Both the position numbers and the translations under genes were made by a program. A stretch of 64,000 nucleotides of DNA from Tubiluchus corallicola (Eukaryota; Animalia; Priapulida), in assembly GCA_030141605.1 (NCBI GenBank), contig JAQGDQ010000507.1, positions 34,011 through 98,010 on the forward strand, written 5' to 3'. Below, piece after piece: positions 62,358-64,000 of this stretch (within the stretch, counting starts at the first letter, position 1; each line of letters begins with the position of its first letter). Below the pieces are notes generated by a model that was not told the DNA's origin, did not search any database, and saw only the letters and a list, made by a program, of their open reading frames with translations.

Positions 62358-63764
62358 GTAAATAAATAAATAATAATAATAGTAATAAAAGCTTTATTTA
62401 AGGTGGATGACACTTTAACCGTGGATTGCTTATATCCTGAGTGGTCCACAAAGAATATGCATAATGTACAAGGTAATAGGTAAACTAATTAAAATCACAT
62501 GAGCCTACAAATAAAAGATAAATAGAATTAATAAAATTGCAGTAATTAGAAACAATGCATAAGTAAAGTAGCCTGAACACATTATATGAAAAGCTTGAGG
62601 TTAAGCATAATCAAGACAAATTAAGAATTATTAAAGGCGTTAAGAAAACCATTTACAAACTATTCTACAAAATAACCTTTTGTTTCGCAAATAATTTAAC
62701 AAGTCTTTCTGAATAAATGTACACTTGCACAGCTAGTACTACGGTGGGGTAATGCAGTCCACATTTGAACCACCGAATAGGCTATTGAATTTTTGTACAT
62801 TTCTATTTTGGGTCGAGGGAGATGCAGTTTATTTGACCAAAGTCAACAGGAACCCTCTCTCTTCCTCCCTGGTGTAGTCCAAAGGAAAGTGGAGTGATAC
62901 GTTTGGCACCAGGTTGGCTGCCGGAGTCAGTGAGCATGCTGCACTGGTACGCCTTCAAGGCTCCACTCCTGTTTTGGAAGGTTTACTCCTCTACACATGG
63001 CCGTTGGGTCACTTGACCTCCTCCGCCCTCTAGCCGTTGGCTGCTTGTGCAGCTCCTCCGCCTAGTGTCAAGATACTGACTCTAGGCTCTAGAGCAGCAG
63101 TATAAAATCATTGCATGGTTTCGACTGTGCATTGAAAAGGGTGTACCATATAGATTTGAAATCTCTGCAGTAGATTATCCTACCATAACACTTACAGCGA
63201 AACATAACATGCGCCTGCCATCACAAAAAATTATTTACAAAAAAGTCAGGTAAATAATTCATTACACCAAATAATTTAGAAAAAAGATTTGTTTAAATAG
63301 ATACAAAGAAACCTTATTTTTATCGATGTTATAGCTTTCGCGTTTGGTTTCACTTTATTGCAATGCAATCAGCCATTGCTATAACTCCCCCTTTATAATG
63401 TCAACCTTGCTTAACACCAGCAGTTTTGGTAAAACAAAATGTTCTTACTTGCGTAGACACGTATGCTTTAAAGCACCTCATTAAAATGCCAATTTTTTTT
63501 GCAGTCCCAAAGTAGACGGTATAAAGAGGTTTTTGACTGTTGTTTTTACAAGAATCAATGTTTTTATTTTTTCAGCACATGAATATCTATCTCCATCACA
63601 AATATGTTCCGGTGGTTATTGCGTGTGTCTTTGCTTACCTTGTCGCTCACACTTTTATGAGTCTTTATGAAATGGTGATCGACACACTATTTATTTGCTT
63701 CTGCGAAGACCTATCTAATAACGATGGCTATGGACGGCCATACTACATGAGCGTGTGTCTAATG
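34623..63764 (+). CDS. SLC44A1: Choline transporter-like protein (SLC44/CTL1-like), 14 coding exons, 3' end outside window
   Basis: Hand-spliced GT-AG exons keep frame throughout (1776 nt, 592 aa). SLC44 hallmark motifs: RRCRDVVF, GYDSWGNTCG, FRCVP, LVMRTRI, IAGSVAIWFF, RYHLGSAALGS, CCLWFFEKVLKFVNRNAY, DNAMRVAAINSVG, FMSLYEMVIDTLFICFCED, NDG. SLC44A1/CTL1 assignment is from remembered similarity, not a phylogeny. Confidence 0.93.
36155..36244 (+). CDS. SLC44A1: SLC44 exon 2 (RRDPTAVIVENRRCRDVVFLLLLLVVIGGS)
   Basis: tttgtgtag acceptor, GTAAGT donor, R-x-C-x-D motif plus TM1. Confidence 0.92.
36299..36828 (+). mobile_element. Tc1/mariner (pogo/Tigger-like) MITE family C
   Basis: TA TSD, cagtgtttcctcgct / agcgagggaacattg TIRs; homologous to 39895 and 57480 copies. 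Confidence 0.85.
36942..37346. mobile_element. hAT-like MITE with ggagtc subterminal repeats
   Basis: Perfect 8-bp TSD tttgtttc (36934-41, 37347-54); cagggtt..ggagtcg / cgactcc..cct ends. Confidence 0.8.
38102..38244 (+). CDS. SLC44A1: SLC44 exon 3 (GYVGHFCIVKGDPFRIINGYDSWGNTCGRNN...)
   Basis: ttttcgcag acceptor, GTATGT donor, GYDSxGNxCG motif. Confidence 0.95.
38925..39000 (+). mobile_element. Degraded tRNA-derived SINE head
   Basis: tagcttaggtgatagagcg ... ggttcaaatccc. Confidence 0.45.
39118..39288 (+). CDS. SLC44A1: SLC44 exon 4 (FVFYFD...ICMKACPDG...)
   Basis: atttcag acceptor, GTAAGT donor, phase 2/2, CxxxCP motif. Confidence 0.9.
39895..40369 (+). mobile_element. Tc1/mariner MITE family C
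   Basis: TA TSD, TIR ...agcgagggaacactg; homologous to 36299 copy. Confidence 0.85.
40576..40666 (+). CDS. SLC44A1: SLC44 exon 5 (SPVAFRCVPDN...GRVQ)
   Basis: tttttttcag acceptor, GTATGT donor, RCxP motif. Confidence 0.9.
40869..41108 (+). mobile_element. Probable solo LTR (about 240 bp)
   Basis: t(a)taa...ttaca ends, AATAAA, near-4-bp TSD ttat/ctat; homologous to 59555-59794. Confidence 0.6.
41287..41900 (+). mobile_element. 5'-truncated CR1-clade LINE, C-terminal part of ORF2
   Basis: LYKTFVHPILDYGDVIWNP...VESVQRRATKLVP..LTYSERMRNLKLPSLRFRRKRG matches the CR1 post-RT region. Confidence 0.9.
42698..43222. repeat. 60-bp minisatellite with alternating 120-bp dimer structure
   Basis: gctgaagctgagtcagttgctactacatcagctgactcacacagtaaatcagctagctcg unit. 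Confidence 0.93.
44204..44267 (+). CDS. SLC44A1: SLC44 exon 6 (EFVQDVASSLQLLQILSVISI)
   Basis: ttttttag acceptor, G|GTAAAA donor, phases 0/1 bridge exons 5 and 7. Confidence 0.85.
44762..44870 (+). CDS. SLC44A1: SLC44 exon 7 (LVIVAIFLLRYFSGVIVW...GTGYLW)
   Basis: ttttacag acceptor, GTATGC donor, LLRY..VW TM motif. Confidence 0.92.
45343..45882 (+). mobile_element. Tc1/mariner MITE family D
   Basis: TA TSD, cagtcaacc / ggttgactg TIRs, repeated ccttat motifs; inverse of 54983 copy. Confidence 0.85.
46101..46637 (-). mobile_element. Kolobok-like MITE family B (one end lost)
   Basis: TTAA-aggaagactgg start; collinear with 30171 copy. Confidence 0.85.
47375..47615 (+). mobile_element. Old partial Kolobok-like family A copy
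   Basis: Ends gaaaaatcatcctggtttgct-TTAA; aligns by eye to 13670-13923. Confidence 0.7.
47654..47810 (+). CDS. SLC44A1: SLC44 exon 8 (YRVDLAKKK...IFLIFLVMRTRIGL)
   Basis: tcccag acceptor, GTATGA donor, LVMRxR motif. Confidence 0.9.
48400..48981. mobile_element. hAT (Charlie-like) non-autonomous element containing an L2-like fragment
   Basis: Perfect 8-bp TSD ggctaacc; cagtgtttttcaa / ttgaaaatcactg TIRs. Confidence 0.85.
49121..49590. repeat. 47-bp minisatellite, about 10 copies
   Basis: ctcacaggaaaaagaaaagtattcctgacacgaatcctaacactaat unit (49168, 49215...). Confidence 0.95.
49878..53092. repeat. 16-bp minisatellite, about 200 copies, with block duplications
   Basis: tccga(g/c)tgtgc(c/a)taca unit; variant blocks repeated 719 bp apart (51224/51943). 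Confidence 0.97.
53524..53662 (+). CDS. SLC44A1: SLC44 exon 9 (VIALFKQGGKSLSALPLL...FAFTA)
   Basis: ttgcag acceptor, G|GTAAAA donor, IALF..GK...PLL motif. Confidence 0.92.
54983..55458 (-). mobile_element. Tc1/mariner MITE family D
   Basis: TA TSD, cagtcagcctcgg / ccgaggttgactg TIRs. Confidence 0.85.
55526..55691 (+). CDS. SLC44A1: SLC44 exon 10 (DDPIVHDDG...QACQCIIIAGSVAIWFFT)
   Basis: tttag acceptor, GTACGC donor, ACQ..IAG.V..WFFT motif. Confidence 0.92.
56051..56170 (+). mobile_element. tRNA-derived SINE
   Basis: A box tagctcaattggttagagc, B box gttcaaatcc; same family as 12481. Confidence 0.65.
57480..57626 (-). mobile_element. Partial Tc1/mariner MITE family C (inverted left end)
   Basis: Reverse complement of 39895-40040. 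Confidence 0.8.
57907..58053 (+). CDS. SLC44A1: SLC44 exon 11 (NKKRLGCPV...RYHLGSAALGSL...)
   Basis: ttatag acceptor, RYHLGSxAxGS motif; donor GTACTG is weak and chosen to fit phase 2. Confidence 0.88.
59555..59794 (+). mobile_element. Probable solo LTR (about 240 bp)
   Basis: TGTAA...TTACA ends, near-4-bp TSD aaag/agag; homologous to 40869-41108. Confidence 0.62.
59908..60023 (+). CDS. SLC44A1: SLC44 exon 12 (VEDQDNK...CCLWFFEKVLKFVNRNAYIEI)
   Basis: tttcag acceptor, GTAAGA donor, CCLWxxEKxLxxxNxNAY motif. Confidence 0.95.
60891..61323. repeat. 30-bp minisatellite, about 14 copies
   Basis: aattaagtgagcaaatgactacctaatgtt unit. Confidence 0.95.
61344..61935 (+). mobile_element. Old Kolobok-like family A copy
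   Basis: TTAA-aggaaagccgg ... gatcctgattttcct; collinear with 13291 copy but more diverged. Confidence 0.75.
61996..62162 (+). CDS. SLC44A1: SLC44 exon 13 (IYGMGFWKSAKKAF...LLID)
   Basis: tttcag acceptor, GTATGG donor, SAKxAF..NAxRVAAINSVG motif. Confidence 0.95.
62263..62845 (-). mobile_element. L2-group LINE 3' end with (TTA)n tail
   Basis: Minus strand LHLPRPKIEMYKNSIAYSVVQMWTALP-like ORF2 end, 3' UTR with ggaccac...aataaa, then a microsatellite tail. Confidence 0.7.
63576..63764 (+). CDS. SLC44A1: SLC44 exon 14 (HMNIYL...YEMVIDTLFICFCED...PYYMSVCLM)
   Basis: ttttttcag acceptor, GTAAGT donor, YEMxxDTLFxCFCED and NDG motifs. Confidence 0.95.
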
Positions 63765-64000
63765 GTAAGTCACACGTAAATAAAATTTTATTGAAGAGGT
63801 AAACAAAATTACCTTACTCCATCACTGTTGTACAGCATGTTCTTTCAAATGCTGCAATTCACTTTTTAAAGAGGCTTTTAAAGTATCCGGCTGTGTATGT
63901 GTTTTATCGGGCATATAGATATATGTACAAATCGGTTTTTATTGTTTCAAATTCACCCATTTATGCAGCCTGCATATGCGTTATTCTTTTTCTACACCTG

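Overview
AT-rich, repeat-dense animal (probably invertebrate) genomic DNA, not prokaryotic. The one well-supported protein-coding gene is a + strand choline transporter-like gene (SLC44/CTL1 family). I read 14 GT-AG coding exons by hand between 34623 and 63764; they join in frame to 1776 nt (592 aa), and the last exon(s) lie beyond the window. The left half (1-33 kb) has no recognisable coding exon. It may be the intronic/5'-UTR part of a divergently transcribed minus-strand gene, based on a promoter-like island near 33.1 kb and a clean non-coding exon at 15169-15254. Roughly a fifth of the window is made of at least a dozen unrelated tandem arrays (units 16-195 bp), several with higher-order structure and several nested in non-autonomous transposons. 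The rest is Kolobok-like, Tc1/mariner-like and hAT-like MITEs, tRNA- and 5S-derived SINEs, CR1/L2 LINE 3' fragments and two probable solo LTRs. All long ORFs in the track outside the SLC44 exons and the CR1 fragment are repeat artefacts. I found no convincing new multi-gene system. The best leads are the divergent SLC44 residues, its X-box and uORF, transposon-seeded satellites, an ARE/AP-1 tandem array, inverted MITE pairs around exons and the orphan minus-strand transcript.
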